A stretch of 37,478 nucleotides of DNA, from positions 1 to 37,478 of IMG/VR virus record IMGVR_UViG_3300008085_000011. One strand, given 5' to 3'. The notes under the pieces are model-generated. The model had not been told where the DNA came from. It was given only the letters and a program-made list of their open reading frames with translations, and ran no database searches. Positions 26,935-37,089 of this stretch are shown here, one piece after another (the stretch's first letter is position 1; every line of letters starts with the position of its first letter). The position numbers were made by a program, and so were the translations under genes. This DNA comes from a virus. Its lineage: Duplodnaviria; Caudoviricetes.

Positions 26935-27737
26935 TATCTCACCAACTCTCTGATTTTCATTTTAACCTCTGACAAATCGACTCTGCCATCACCATCCTGA
27001 TCGACTGTTAAACGTCTTGATCTTAGGTTTTGACTAAATAGTCTATTTGCCTCAACTCTCTTTTCATTAAAATCTGATCCGAGTGAAAAGTAAATAATTG
27101 ACAATGTTTTATATGCGCAAGCATGAGCAAAGTCATCAAACTGCACAATTTGGCCATCATCAACAATAATGCCCTTTGCCTTAAGATCAATGGCAGTTTC
27201 CATTGATGCGGTTAAAATTTGGGATGTAAAATCAATTTGACCAAATGCGGGCAAATATTGCTCAAGATCAGGATCAAGTGCCTTGATCATTTGTTGCGTT
27301 GTAAGTGCGTAGCCAATGCGCTTAAGTGACGTCAATGGGTTCACTGCACCTGATGCCACTGAGATTCTAATCCAATACAAATTAAATATTTTAGGCGCAT
27401 CATCGAGCTCAACAATGTCATCACTGTCTTTGCGTGTCCAACTCGTATCATCATCAAGCATAAATTGCAAAACGCCTGATTTCTTCAATCCTCGTGTTGC
27501 ATCCAAAATGTCAACTGCAGTTTTCCAACTTGTGCCGTCAAAAATCTCAACCTTTAAAGTTGCATCAGTGTCGTTTGGATTTTCAATCCAAAAAAACAAG
27601 TGATTGAAGGTCATGAGTTTGCCAATGTAAATGAAGTCAGTATCAAAAAGAACAACCTCAGAGTCATCTTGATTTTCAAGAGAAACATCAACTGATGTAA
27701 GTGTCTTTTTAATTGTGCGCAACCATTGAGTCAGCAT
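26934..27737 (-). CDS. Putative head-tail adaptor with N-terminal beta domain
   Basis: Helical C-terminal half (ACAYKTLSIIY) with DQDGDGRVD loop; neck position. Confidence 0.6.
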   Translation of the reverse strand: MLTQWLRTIKKTLTSVDVSLENQDDSEVVLFDTDFIYIGKLMTFNHLFFWIENPNDTDATLKVEIFDGTSWKTAVDILDATRGLKKSGVLQFMLDDDTSWTRKDSDDIVELDDAPKIFNLYWIRISVASGAVNPLTSLKRIGYALTTQQMIKALDPDLEQYLPAFGQIDFTSQILTASMETAIDLKAKGIIVDDGQIVQFDDFAHACAYKTLSIIYFSLGSDFNEKRVEANRLFSQNLRSRRLTVDQDGDGRVDLSEVKMKIRELVR

Positions 27738-27738
27738 T

Positions 27739-28263
27739 TTATTTTATCCTTTTTACATTTTCATCAATACGCTCAAGCATTGTCATTTTTTTATCAATGT
27801 CCTTTGGCGTGATGAAATCCTCATCTTTTAAAAAGTGTACACCAAAGCACGCCAATTTATAAGCGTCTGATTCACTGCAAAACAATGTTGCACGATCATC
27901 ATCAAACCATGTGAGTTTGCCCATTGATAAAATATTTATAAGCACGCCAATGATGCCCCAAATTGGTGCATAATGCGTTTGATTGAATGAGTTTGATATT
28001 ATTTTAAATTCTCTGAATTGTTCATCGGGCACAATAATTTCCCATTGCTTAATGATCATATGCTCATTTTTCCATTTCTCAATGATGATCTCATGTGCCT
28101 CGCCCCTTGATGTTTCACTGACCATCCATTGGCCAGTAAAAGGATCAATGAAGTGCACTGATGTGTGAGAGTATCTTTTGCGCAAAACCAATTGCACTGC
28201 CCATGAAAAAAAAGGCAAAAATAAGGTTGATCTTGACAATGTGACTCTCACGACTCTTTTCAT
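27739..28263 (-). CDS. Permuted papain-like amidase (YiiX/YebB-like NlpC/P60)
   Basis: YSHTSV (His) precedes LFCSE (Cys), with C-terminal ITPKDI. Confidence 0.72.
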   Translation of the reverse strand: MKRVVRVTLSRSTLFLPFFSWAVQLVLRKRYSHTSVHFIDPFTGQWMVSETSRGEAHEIIIEKWKNEHMIIKQWEIIVPDEQFREFKIISNSFNQTHYAPIWGIIGVLINILSMGKLTWFDDDRATLFCSESDAYKLACFGVHFLKDEDFITPKDIDKKMTMLERIDENVKRIK

Positions 28264-28877
28264 TTCAACTCATGTAAAACAAAATTAGCGCCAATTTTTT
28301 TTGTCTGTGCAGTGTTGTTGGTGTATGAAACCACAATTTTTAAATCTTTTATGACATCAGCATCATAGTCGCTGACATCCTTAAAGTGACCATCAGGCAA
28401 ACAAACATCAAAGCCAAATTGATTGAGCATATAATTTGGCACTGTTGATATTGTACCTGTTGGCGTGTCAAGCACCTTGAGTGATGCTTTATCACCAACA
28501 CTGCAACCAACAATTTCAATTTCATTGATCTTTGCCAAGTTATAAGGCACAGAAATTGAAATATCTTGAGTTACTCCTGCAGGGATGTCAGCATAAATAC
28601 CATGCTTGCGCCTATATAGTTTCAAACCATTTTTTAGTTTCTTATCTGCAAACGGTTGCACAATCTGTGATGATTCAATTGATTGATTTGCGCCTGCTTT
28701 ATAGTTTGAATCAAAATCACTCCAATCAGGATGCGTTGGGAAAATGTCGCAACGATAAACCGCAGGGCCATCATAGGCACTCAGCAAATAGGTGTCAGTT
28801 TCTTGTCTGAAATAATATTGCATTTTTAACTGCTTAGAGTTGCAAATTGCTTTAAATTGCGCCCAAGTCATTACCAT
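28260..28877 (-). CDS. Hypothetical virion-region protein
   Basis: 205 aa coupled ORF, beta-rich C-terminus. Confidence 0.6.
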   Translation of the reverse strand: MVMTWAQFKAICNSKQLKMQYYFRQETDTYLLSAYDGPAVYRCDIFPTHPDWSDFDSNYKAGANQSIESSQIVQPFADKKLKNGLKLYRRKHGIYADIPAGVTQDISISVPYNLAKINEIEIVGCSVGDKASLKVLDTPTGTISTVPNYMLNQFGFDVCLPDGHFKDVSDYDADVIKDLKIVVSYTNNTAQTKKIGANFVLHELK

Positions 28878-28880
28878 AAC

Positions 28881-29966
28881 TTACTCCTCAACAGTGAAGC
28901 CAACAATGCTTGCACCAAACGATGAAATTTTGCTCAAATTTGATCTGATTGTAACCTTTATATAGTCATCATTGCCTGACCCATATGAACCAATTTTTTT
29001 GATTGGAAATGGTTGAGGCGAGATAAACACTGCAATCATTTCATCAGGGCCTGATGTTTTTTGCATTTCAAATCTCTCACCTGCACCAAAAGCAAAGCGG
29101 TTTTTGAAATCCTCTGTTTTTCTTAATTCTGGAAACTCTAAAAATTCATTCTCAGATTTAACTTGAACCAATACACCTGCACCAATACTGAGCTCACTGT
29201 TTTGACTCAAAAACTTTGAAAATCGAATACCATTGCCCGATGAATAAAAAATGATTCTCTCAACATAAATTGTCTTGCCTGCAATTGCGGGCAATGTAAA
29301 AAAAATAGGTGATCCAACAGAGGCATTAACTGCCATGCTATTTGATGCGCCATTTTTTAAATCAGCAAAATAAAACTCTCCAATATTTGAAAAGCCTTGA
29401 GAGACAACGCCTGAAATCCCGAGTGTTCCAAGTCTTGGATCATTCGAGTCAACTGAAACTGTGTTTTGTTTGTTTTGTCTTTTGAAGTTGTCAAAGTGTC
29501 TGAGTGCATTTGCACTGCCTGTTGTTGTCACTCTGAAACTGTTTATTGTGGTGTTTTCACCATATTCACCATAAAAAATTGATTGAATATAAACAATAGC
29601 GTTGTCTTTAACTTTTCGAGCTTTAAAATAAGTGTTAAATGCGCTCAATGCGTTTAACTCGTTTACAATACGAGTTGTCATTGTATATCTATTTTCACCA
29701 ACCAAAGTTGTGAAAGTTTTTGTGAAATTTGGGATGTCAGGATTGATTGAGTCAATGTCAATTTTAATTGTGTCACCAACTGCACCAATAGAGTTTATCA
29801 TGAGGTCATTATCTGCAAAATCATAAATGCCAAAAAGTTGCTCAATCTGCACAATGCCATCAGTGCGCAGACGGTTGACACCATTTATTTCAATAACATC
29901 AGCATTGTAAAAACCATCATCACCTTTGATTTTTGTTAAATTTACACGCCTGTTATTTCCAAACAT
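28881..29966 (-). CDS. Hypothetical virion-region protein
   Basis: 361 aa coupled ORF, beta-rich. Confidence 0.6.
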   Translation of the reverse strand: MFGNNRRVNLTKIKGDDGFYNADVIEINGVNRLRTDGIVQIEQLFGIYDFADNDLMINSIGAVGDTIKIDIDSINPDIPNFTKTFTTLVGENRYTMTTRIVNELNALSAFNTYFKARKVKDNAIVYIQSIFYGEYGENTTINSFRVTTTGSANALRHFDNFKRQNKQNTVSVDSNDPRLGTLGISGVVSQGFSNIGEFYFADLKNGASNSMAVNASVGSPIFFTLPAIAGKTIYVERIIFYSSGNGIRFSKFLSQNSELSIGAGVLVQVKSENEFLEFPELRKTEDFKNRFAFGAGERFEMQKTSGPDEMIAVFISPQPFPIKKIGSYGSGNDDYIKVTIRSNLSKISSFGASIVGFTVEE

Positions 29967-30298
29967 TATTGAAACCCCTCAAAGTTTACAACTGCCTTGT
30001 AAGGCACTTGTGATGCGCTTGATTTGATCACAATCTGTTTGCAGTTTACAGGTTGCCATTGGAAAAAATCACCATAATGCAAAGTTAAAAATGTTGCGCC
30101 ACCATCCATTGAGATTTGGATTGAGTCATTTTCCCTTGTGTCGTCTGCCTCGTTTTGAAAAATAAACTTTTCAATGTTATTTGTAGGCACTGCAGGGATT
30201 GATGAAATTGAGAGAGGTGTCACATTTGTGACACCCTCAAAGCACTGAGTTGATCCCTCAGAGTTTTCAATTTCAAATGCAGGTATTGTGTTGCCCAT
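29966..30298 (-). CDS. Hypothetical beta-sandwich protein
   Basis: 110 aa; weakly resembles 30885..31298. Confidence 0.6.
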   Translation of the reverse strand: MGNTIPAFEIENSEGSTQCFEGVTNVTPLSISSIPAVPTNNIEKFIFQNEADDTRENDSIQISMDGGATFLTLHYGDFFQWQPVNCKQIVIKSSASQVPYKAVVNFEGFQ

Positions 30299-30300
30299 AA

Positions 30301-30864
30301 TTATGCAATCTCATTCACTGAAACTGAGGCCATCAAGTCTGATGTCTTATTGTCCTCAATCTTTGCGTAAACCTTGAGCACTTGATTGCCAGTACCACCA
30401 ATGGTGTCAAATTGATCAACCTCAAGTGCGAGCTTTGCAGTGTATGCGCCTGCACCTGTGATTCCATCAAGCAATATCGTTTCAGTTGGTAATCCGCCAT
30501 CATCATTAACATAAACGACCTCCCATGATGTGAAGCGTGAGCAAGTCACAATTGAGCTCAATTTGTTATAAACTTTTTCAACTGTCAAAGGGATTGATGC
30601 CACGAGTGTGCGAGTGTTTAAAGTCACACCACCTGCAATCACTTTTGTGCGGTTTCTTTTTGTTGTGCCCGCATCAGTAGTGACGACAATGGCACCCTCA
30701 GGATTTAGTTGAGGCAATACAAGATTGCCATCAGTGTCTTTAAATGCAAAAACAGTTGCACCATCTTTTGCGGTTGGTGAGTCACCCTCGTTTGACTTGG
30801 TTAAAGCATAGCCAAGTTTGTCAACCTCGCCCTCTAAAATATTAAAAACTTCTCTTGCACTCAT
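30301..30864 (-). CDS. Hypothetical virion-region protein
   Basis: 187 aa with GAGGTG Shine-Dalgarno. Confidence 0.6.
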   Translation of the reverse strand: MSAREVFNILEGEVDKLGYALTKSNEGDSPTAKDGATVFAFKDTDGNLVLPQLNPEGAIVVTTDAGTTKRNRTKVIAGGVTLNTRTLVASIPLTVEKVYNKLSSIVTCSRFTSWEVVYVNDDGGLPTETILLDGITGAGAYTAKLALEVDQFDTIGGTGNQVLKVYAKIEDNKTSDLMASVSVNEIA

Positions 30865-30884
30865 GTTTCACCTCATCCTTGGTT

Positions 30885-31298
30885 TTAAGTAAAATGTAAA
30901 ATTTCCAAAACACTATCACGCTCTGATCTGATATAAAATTGCTTGTTTAATTTTAAGTCAGTCAGTTGAAAAAAGCCACCCCTTGGAATTGACCAAAGAG
31001 GTGGTGATGATCCAAAATCATCAAAAGCAATCTCGATCCTTGAGATTGTTCGAGTTTTTATCAGCACCTGTTTGACATTTGGCCCAACAGTGTGAATGAT
31101 CACACCATTTTCGCTTATAGGATAGTTAAAAGGTATTATATCTGTTACATCATCAACATCAGTTGTAGGGATAGGATCATTTTTTTGATTTTCAACCGTG
31201 ACTGCAACAACGTCTTTTGTCTCGGGAAACCGCACAGATTGACGAAACTTTAATTTCTCTAAATCCATTGTGCTGAGTTTTTCGATATCAATTGCCAT
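30885..31298 (-). CDS. Hypothetical beta-sandwich protein
   Basis: 137 aa; first gene after the capsid terminator. Confidence 0.6.
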   Translation of the reverse strand: MAIDIEKLSTMDLEKLKFRQSVRFPETKDVVAVTVENQKNDPIPTTDVDDVTDIIPFNYPISENGVIIHTVGPNVKQVLIKTRTISRIEIAFDDFGSSPPLWSIPRGGFFQLTDLKLNKQFYIRSERDSVLEILHFT

Positions 31299-31310
31299 TG
31301 CAAGCCTTGA

Positions 31311-31341
31311 GAAAAAGAGGTGAGTGTTTTAATCTCACCTC
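31311..31341 (-). terminator. Intrinsic terminator downstream of the capsid genes
   Basis: Minus strand GAGGTGAG-N9-CTCACCTC followed by TTTTT. Confidence 0.75.
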
Positions 31342-31390
31342 GAGCACGATCAAAATGCAAGGTAAAAACAGGGAGATCCCTTGCATCAAA

Positions 31391-31621
31391 TCATTGTTTT
31401 TTTGATTTTCCCTTTTTGGTCGTGCCTGTTTTTGTTTCATCAAGTTGTGGCATCAGTCTTTGCATTGTCTCGTTGGCGGGCATTACTGTAAACCAACAAT
31501 ACCACTTGCCACCAAATGGCGTGACTGATTTGATCTCAACCATAAACCCGAGACTCTCAATGAGAGTCTCGAGTTGAGGTGCAGATTCTGCAACAACATA
31601 TCTGAGCTTTGTTTTATTCAT
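31391..31621 (-). CDS. Small protein coupled to the major capsid gene
   Basis: TAATG overlap with the capsid stop; basic tail. Confidence 0.65.
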   Translation of the reverse strand: MNKTKLRYVVAESAPQLETLIESLGFMVEIKSVTPFGGKWYCWFTVMPANETMQRLMPQLDETKTGTTKKGKSKKQ

Positions 31622-32463
31622 TAGCCTGTGATCTTTGCAATGCGCTTGTTATCGAATAACTTAGCACCATAAACAATGTCAGCAGTCATTAAATAACCAC
31701 GCTTGCCTGATGGATGCATGTCACTCAATTTAACATTGAGACCTGATTGCATAACCATTGCCACTGCAGAGTTATGACAAGCAAATCCAAGGTCAGCACT
31801 CAAGAAATCATGCTCATTGATTCCAAATCCGTAAAGAGGCGAGGAAAACTCACCTGTTGCGGTTGGTGATCCTGCAGGAACAAAGTCACTTGATGCAAAT
31901 TGTGTCTTTTGGATAATGTCGCTGAAATAGTCAACGTCAAGGAAAAGAGCACGGCCAGTTTTTGGCACATATGACTTAGACAATAAACGTCTAAGGTTTG
32001 CAACGTCACCTGCACCAAGGTCTGATACAACTGCAGGTGCAATGATGTTTGCGACTGTTGGGATTAGGATTGATTGCATATAAGTTTCAATTTGCTTGGC
32101 AACTGCATAAACAAGTGCTTCACGAGCTTTTGCTTGAAACTCAAGTGATTGAAGTGATGCAATGTTTTCAATCAAAAATGATGCTGATGCAAGACGATCT
32201 GCCTTCACTTCTTTTTGAACAACAACCATTGCCTCAGAGTTGATGTCCAGAGTGTTATCAACACCAATTTGAAGGTTTTCACCTGTTGGAGCTTGGATTT
32301 GATTAACCTTTACAGTGTCACCCGCATTGGCAATATTTCCCTCATAGTCACGCATGAAAAATGATCCAAGCATCAATGATGCTCTTAATTCATCATACAT
32401 TTGTGTTGACCACATTGTTGGGATTAGATTTTGTAATTCTGTTTTTCCTGATGGTGTAAGCAT
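31621..32463 (-). CDS. Major capsid protein (HK97 fold, P22 coat-like family)
   Basis: IPTMWS, RDYEGNI...GDTVKV and ADIVYGAK motifs; follows the scaffold gene. Confidence 0.88.
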   Translation of the reverse strand: MLTPSGKTELQNLIPTMWSTQMYDELRASLMLGSFFMRDYEGNIANAGDTVKVNQIQAPTGENLQIGVDNTLDINSEAMVVVQKEVKADRLASASFLIENIASLQSLEFQAKAREALVYAVAKQIETYMQSILIPTVANIIAPAVVSDLGAGDVANLRRLLSKSYVPKTGRALFLDVDYFSDIIQKTQFASSDFVPAGSPTATGEFSSPLYGFGINEHDFLSADLGFACHNSAVAMVMQSGLNVKLSDMHPSGKRGYLMTADIVYGAKLFDNKRIAKITG

Positions 32464-32496
32464 TTCAAACGTCCTTTGTTTGTTTGGTTGTTAATA

Positions 32497-33117
32497 TTAT
32501 CTTTTCACATTTATGCCGAGTTTTGCAAACATTTCACCCTCTCTCTTTTTTCTCTCTGCATATGGCAAGCGTTGCCACTCATCAAGAGAGATTGGAGTTT
32601 GTGGCGCATTGGGCGCATCACTCGAAACACCTGCAGTTTGCGTTGATCCAAAAAGGTCAGGCCAATCACTGGCAAGCGTCTTTGCTGTCACATCGGCACC
32701 GTAAACGGTGCTTGTTTCAGCATCGATTTTGATTGAGCTCAAATCTGCAATTTTCACTGCACGATCAACATAATTTGCCTTAATGCCCAATTTTGTGAGC
32801 TCTTTTTTAAGCTCATTTTCTTTGGCCATGTGAGCTTTATGTTGCTCAATCTGTGACAACTTAGTTGTCAAATCCTCAACCTCTTTGGTCTTGGTTTCAA
32901 ACAATGTTTTCCATTGTTCTTTTTCCTTGAGCTCACCCTCTGCCTTGGCCTTGAGCAATCCCTCAAGCTCTGAAACCTTTGTTTGATAATTCTTTTTTTC
33001 ATTTAAAAGTTTATCAACAAATGACTTCTCATAAGTATCAGAATTCTTTTCATCAGGTGCACCACTGGTTGCGCCTGAGGTGCCCACTGGTGCACCATCA
33101 ACTTTTGTCTCACTCAT
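32497..33117 (-). CDS. Capsid scaffolding protein
   Basis: K/E-rich coiled coil with WPDLF motif, immediately upstream of the capsid gene. Confidence 0.82.
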   Translation of the reverse strand: MSETKVDGAPVGTSGATSGAPDEKNSDTYEKSFVDKLLNEKKNYQTKVSELEGLLKAKAEGELKEKEQWKTLFETKTKEVEDLTTKLSQIEQHKAHMAKENELKKELTKLGIKANYVDRAVKIADLSSIKIDAETSTVYGADVTAKTLASDWPDLFGSTQTAGVSSDAPNAPQTPISLDEWQRLPYAERKKREGEMFAKLGINVKR

Positions 33118-33120
33118 AAA

Positions 33121-33702
33121 TTACAACCCCTTTTTTCTTATCGTGCTCTTGATAAAATCATTTATTGTTTTGATGATGATGTCAACCTCAGGCCCTGTGA
33201 GCTCAAAGAAATTGCGCCCTGCATCCTGCACATAAATTGCAACCTCTTTGTTTGTTGCTCTTGTTTTTGTGAATTTGTTATATCTGCGCCTTGTGGTGTC
33301 AGGGATATAAATTGAAAAACCATATCGACCAACATCAATCTCAATTGAATTTAACAACTCACCTGAAAAAGTAAGATTTGATCTTGCAGGTGAAAAAAAC
33401 TCACCCGTTTGCCTTGGTCGATCATCTTGATTCATGTAAATTTTTTTACTTGTGCCTTTTTGATGCCTGATCATTAGTTTGCCACTACGCACTGCAACAG
33501 TTGCAGTTGACAATGGTTTTAATTTTTTTCGAGACCGACCGCCAACCGTTGTGCCATAGCCTGCTTTTACTCTTTTATAAATAATTGATTTGGCAAGCCT
33601 GCCTAATCGAGATTGAAACCGAGGATCAAAAACCTCAGTTGCCACCTCATTTAAACGCCTGTTGAAATCCTTTACATCAAGATCAATCTTTGTTGCCATC
33701 AA
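33121..33702 (-). CDS. Virion morphogenesis-like protein, paralog B
   Basis: Basic; KPLS..T, NLTFSGELLNSI and RNFFEL motifs. Confidence 0.65.
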   Translation of the reverse strand: MMATKIDLDVKDFNRRLNEVATEVFDPRFQSRLGRLAKSIIYKRVKAGYGTTVGGRSRKKLKPLSTATVAVRSGKLMIRHQKGTSKKIYMNQDDRPRQTGEFFSPARSNLTFSGELLNSIEIDVGRYGFSIYIPDTTRRRYNKFTKTRATNKEVAIYVQDAGRNFFELTGPEVDIIIKTINDFIKSTIRKKGL

Positions 33703-34333
33703 TTACCTTGCCTGAAATCTCTATTGAAGGAATAAAAGAATTTTCAATTGCTTGCTCTGTTGCCACAGTGCCAAGACTTGTGACGGTTTCCTCTCTAAAC
33801 GCAAACCCATTGAGGTTTGTTTTTTCAAAGTCAATAAGGTTTTCAATAGTATCTGATCCAAGACGCTTAAAAACTGCACGCATTGCCTTTGCCTCATCGT
33901 CTTTTGGCAATCCGAGAAAATCACGCACTTTTGATCCCTTGATGTGACCATACGCCTTTGCGTTGTTAAACTCATCAGGAATCCAAACAGTGACCTCATA
34001 TGATCCCTTTGAGACTTTCATTGATGACAACATTTGACCTGATAGCCTCAGGTTTACATTTGTTTTCTTATTGTAAATTTTAAACTCGATAGAATCCATA
34101 TAGGCTTTGCTATATGGTAAAAATGGAATATCATTTTTATCAATACCCTTGAGCGTTCTTTTGACAATTGTGTCAATTATTTCCTCACCAAACTTTTGCA
34201 TAAATAAAGCACTCGATAATGTGCCACGCATTTTTGCTTTGAGTTTTGAATCCTTGTCTGCAAAAGCTCGATCAAATATATTCAAAAGATCGAGCTTGTA
34301 TTTTACTTTGGGATAGGCCAATTTCTTTGCCAT
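33683..34333 (-). CDS. Virion morphogenesis-like protein, paralog A
   Basis: PYSKAY, NLRLSGQMLSSM and RDFLGL motifs. Confidence 0.68.
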   Translation of the reverse strand: MAKKLAYPKVKYKLDLLNIFDRAFADKDSKLKAKMRGTLSSALFMQKFGEEIIDTIVKRTLKGIDKNDIPFLPYSKAYMDSIEFKIYNKKTNVNLRLSGQMLSSMKVSKGSYEVTVWIPDEFNNAKAYGHIKGSKVRDFLGLPKDDEAKAMRAVFKRLGSDTIENLIDFEKTNLNGFAFREETVTSLGTVATEQAIENSFIPSIEISGKVIDGNKD

Positions 34334-35805
34334 TAAGTACCTTTTTGATCATCATCATTTTTCTGATCTTGTTGGCCTTGATTTTTGTCAGGATTCTTTG
34401 CACCAAACTCATCACGCAACATTGTGATGCGCTCGGCTTTATCCTCTTTAATTTGATCAACCAAGTCATCAACCTCATTATCATCAAGTTGAGGATTGAG
34501 GGATTTGAGCTCAATTCTGAGCGTTGACAATCCCTTATCAATTTTAAATGCACTATCCTCAACACGCTCTTTTTCTGTGCGTAACACTGCAGGTTGTTTG
34601 AAGTATATAGCAAGTTCAAAGTCAGGTGAAAATGTTTGCTTTAAATCTTGAGGGAAATCTTTTTGCTTTATCCAAACTGGCACAATATTATGTGCCAGTT
34701 TTTCCCATAGCTCTTTTTCAGCTTCAATGAAAAATTGTTGTTGATCTTTTCGATCCTCAATTGTTTCGGCCTGATCAAGCATTTTTGAAATACCTGATGC
34801 AACATTGTCTGCGTTCAGGTCTGCACTCACTGTTGTTACAGATAAGTTTTTTGTGCTCAAAAGCATGGCAACCAATGTGCGCACAAACTCGAGCATTTGA
34901 GGGATGTCAACCTCAGGCTTGATCATTCCAATCTCAGGGCGTTGACCATTCTCGCCAAACTCCAAACTCACAACAGAGTTTGGATTGATAGGGATTTCAC
35001 CATCAACACCAATTGTGTAAATCATTGACCATGCTTGATATTTTGAGGCAAAAGAGAGATCGGATAAAAGCAAAGGAATAGCAATGCCTGTTCGCAAAAG
35101 ATCATCATCAGGAAATGGCACAATTTGAGTTTGTGATTGATTGATGTAAACAAACGGCAAAACGCCATAAGGATTGACACCATCAGGATTGTTTATTTTT
35201 GCCATTTCATCAGATAGTACCTCACCTTTTCCATTGGTGATAAAATGACTCTCATCCGACCACCAAACTAATCTGGTTTTTTTAGGATTAGGATCATGCT
35301 TAACAATTTTGATAACAATGTCAGGGATTTCAGGTGAAATTGTCGATGTTGAAAAAACCTCATAATTTGGGCGATCAACAGGGCGCAAAGCAGGTCTGCC
35401 AAAGCGGTCTTGATATATTTCAACCAATGCTCTTTTGTATAATTTAAAATGAGCGTTGACCTCTTTAAAAGTTCGGTCAATTTTCATTTCTTGCTCATAC
35501 TGACTGACGAGCATTGAGTCATCCTCATTGTTGTCATATGGCTTGCGCAATGGCGCTTCATTATAAACTTGTGCAAGTTTCCAAATCGCCTTTGCAACAA
35601 TGTTGATTGGGATCAATCTATTGTTGAGCTCAAGGATTGTCTCAGGCTTTTTAAATTCTTGCTTAATTGCGTCTTGCACCACTTGCTTGATTTTGCCATT
35701 AAAGACATATGATCTTTTTAAATCATCCTCACGCAAAATCCTATACTCGGTTTCATCAATTTGCTTGGCATAAAATTCAAGCAAATCCTTTGTCAAAACT
35801 GTCAT
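34333..35805 (-). CDS. Portal protein (SPP1 gp6-like)
   Basis: 490 aa after terL; NPYGVLPFV and ASGIS motifs; acidic tail. Confidence 0.85.
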   Translation of the reverse strand: MTVLTKDLLEFYAKQIDETEYRILREDDLKRSYVFNGKIKQVVQDAIKQEFKKPETILELNNRLIPINIVAKAIWKLAQVYNEAPLRKPYDNNEDDSMLVSQYEQEMKIDRTFKEVNAHFKLYKRALVEIYQDRFGRPALRPVDRPNYEVFSTSTISPEIPDIVIKIVKHDPNPKKTRLVWWSDESHFITNGKGEVLSDEMAKINNPDGVNPYGVLPFVYINQSQTQIVPFPDDDLLRTGIAIPLLLSDLSFASKYQAWSMIYTIGVDGEIPINPNSVVSLEFGENGQRPEIGMIKPEVDIPQMLEFVRTLVAMLLSTKNLSVTTVSADLNADNVASGISKMLDQAETIEDRKDQQQFFIEAEKELWEKLAHNIVPVWIKQKDFPQDLKQTFSPDFELAIYFKQPAVLRTEKERVEDSAFKIDKGLSTLRIELKSLNPQLDDNEVDDLVDQIKEDKAERITMLRDEFGAKNPDKNQGQQDQKNDDDQKGT

Positions 35806-35844
35806 TTAAACCTCATTAAATAAGTGCTCACAAATAAGTGTAAA

Positions 35845-37089
35845 TCAATAGCTCGAAACAGTAAAACCAACTTTTTGCTTCGGTTTGCCAACTCCATGAA
35901 AATACCAATCACCATATGACCAACCATCCGAGGCGTGTGATAAGTCAATGTTGCTTTTATCAACGCCCTCACCGTCTTCACGCCAAGCGAGCAACTCAAG
36001 GTCTTTGATCAAGTTTTTGCAACTCGGATCAACAACGCACCTTGAATGGTATAGATTTGAATTTGCAGAAATGATGCGTGACTCAACAGGTGGATTTGTG
36101 AAATGTTTAGTGAGCAATCCCGCATCTTGAAAATGCTGATAATTGGTGCGATCGATGGCAACATCACGCTTATTGTTTCCAGTCGAGTCACCCATGACAA
36201 TGATTGGTCTCTCGGGATATTTGGCTTTAACTCTTTGCGCCATTATCCTTGATCCCTCAAACTTCAAATGCTCCTCTGCAATTGCATATGAAATGTCTTT
36301 TTCCTTATCGTAAAACATATAAGTGCCACAATAATTTGAAATGTTGTAGTCAGTGAAAAAATAAAGTTGGTCTGTTGGCTTGATAAGATGAGCACATGGT
36401 GCAACGTGCAACTCTCTGTTAAATTCATTAAACACTGCACCATTGTTTAAATTAAGTCTTACTGCACCGCACTCTTGCTCAAACATTCTTGGGCTATATG
36501 ATCCACGCAATGAATCAATATAACTTTGAGATAGGTTGAGATTTTCCCACGTTGATGCATTGAGAACTAATTTTGTTTCATTTGCCTGAGTGTAAAAGTG
36601 ATCATAAATGTGATTGAAACCTTTTGGTGATGATGTGCAACGCAATAACTCAGGCTTTACACGCAAACGACCAAGCATTGTTTGAAATGCTATTGGTTTA
36701 TAAAAATCAACCTCATCGGCCCAAATCCATGCCACGTTGGGCCCACGAAAAGATGAATCATAGTTGAGTGCTGATGCAACAAATACTTTTGCACCATTCC
36801 AAAACTCCATGATGTTATCAACTTTGTTAAACTTATAATGTTTTCCCTCACGCCATCCAAAAAGTTGAAACGCTTTTGTGAGCTCGGGTAACACTGCCTT
36901 TTTAAACTGGCCAAAGTCTCGAGCAACTATCATTCCAATCTTATTTGGATTTTTTAAGATCATGGTGCATGACCATATTGATCCAACAAAAGTCTTACCG
37001 TAGCCAATACCGCACTCAAGCAAGATTTCTCTGCAATCCATGCTCATGAATTTAAGTTGTTTATTCCAAAGGCCTATATCAATTTTCAT
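35845..37089 (-). CDS. terL: Terminase large subunit
   Basis: Walker A GIGYGKT, FRG, Walker B WADEV, TSSP coupling motif, RNase H-like acidic residues (TDYN, GDSTG, HASDG). Confidence 0.93.
   Translation of the reverse strand: MKIDIGLWNKQLKFMSMDCREILLECGIGYGKTFVGSIWSCTMILKNPNKIGMIVARDFGQFKKAVLPELTKAFQLFGWREGKHYKFNKVDNIMEFWNGAKVFVASALNYDSSFRGPNVAWIWADEVDFYKPIAFQTMLGRLRVKPELLRCTSSPKGFNHIYDHFYTQANETKLVLNASTWENLNLSQSYIDSLRGSYSPRMFEQECGAVRLNLNNGAVFNEFNRELHVAPCAHLIKPTDQLYFFTDYNISNYCGTYMFYDKEKDISYAIAEEHLKFEGSRIMAQRVKAKYPERPIIVMGDSTGNNKRDVAIDRTNYQHFQDAGLLTKHFTNPPVESRIISANSNLYHSRCVVDPSCKNLIKDLELLAWREDGEGVDKSNIDLSHASDGWSYGDWYFHGVGKPKQKVGFTVSSY

Noticed and set aside
34246-36200. Small alternative ORFs within portal and terL
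   Set aside because: Mostly or wholly nested in conserved essential genes, with no supporting signals.
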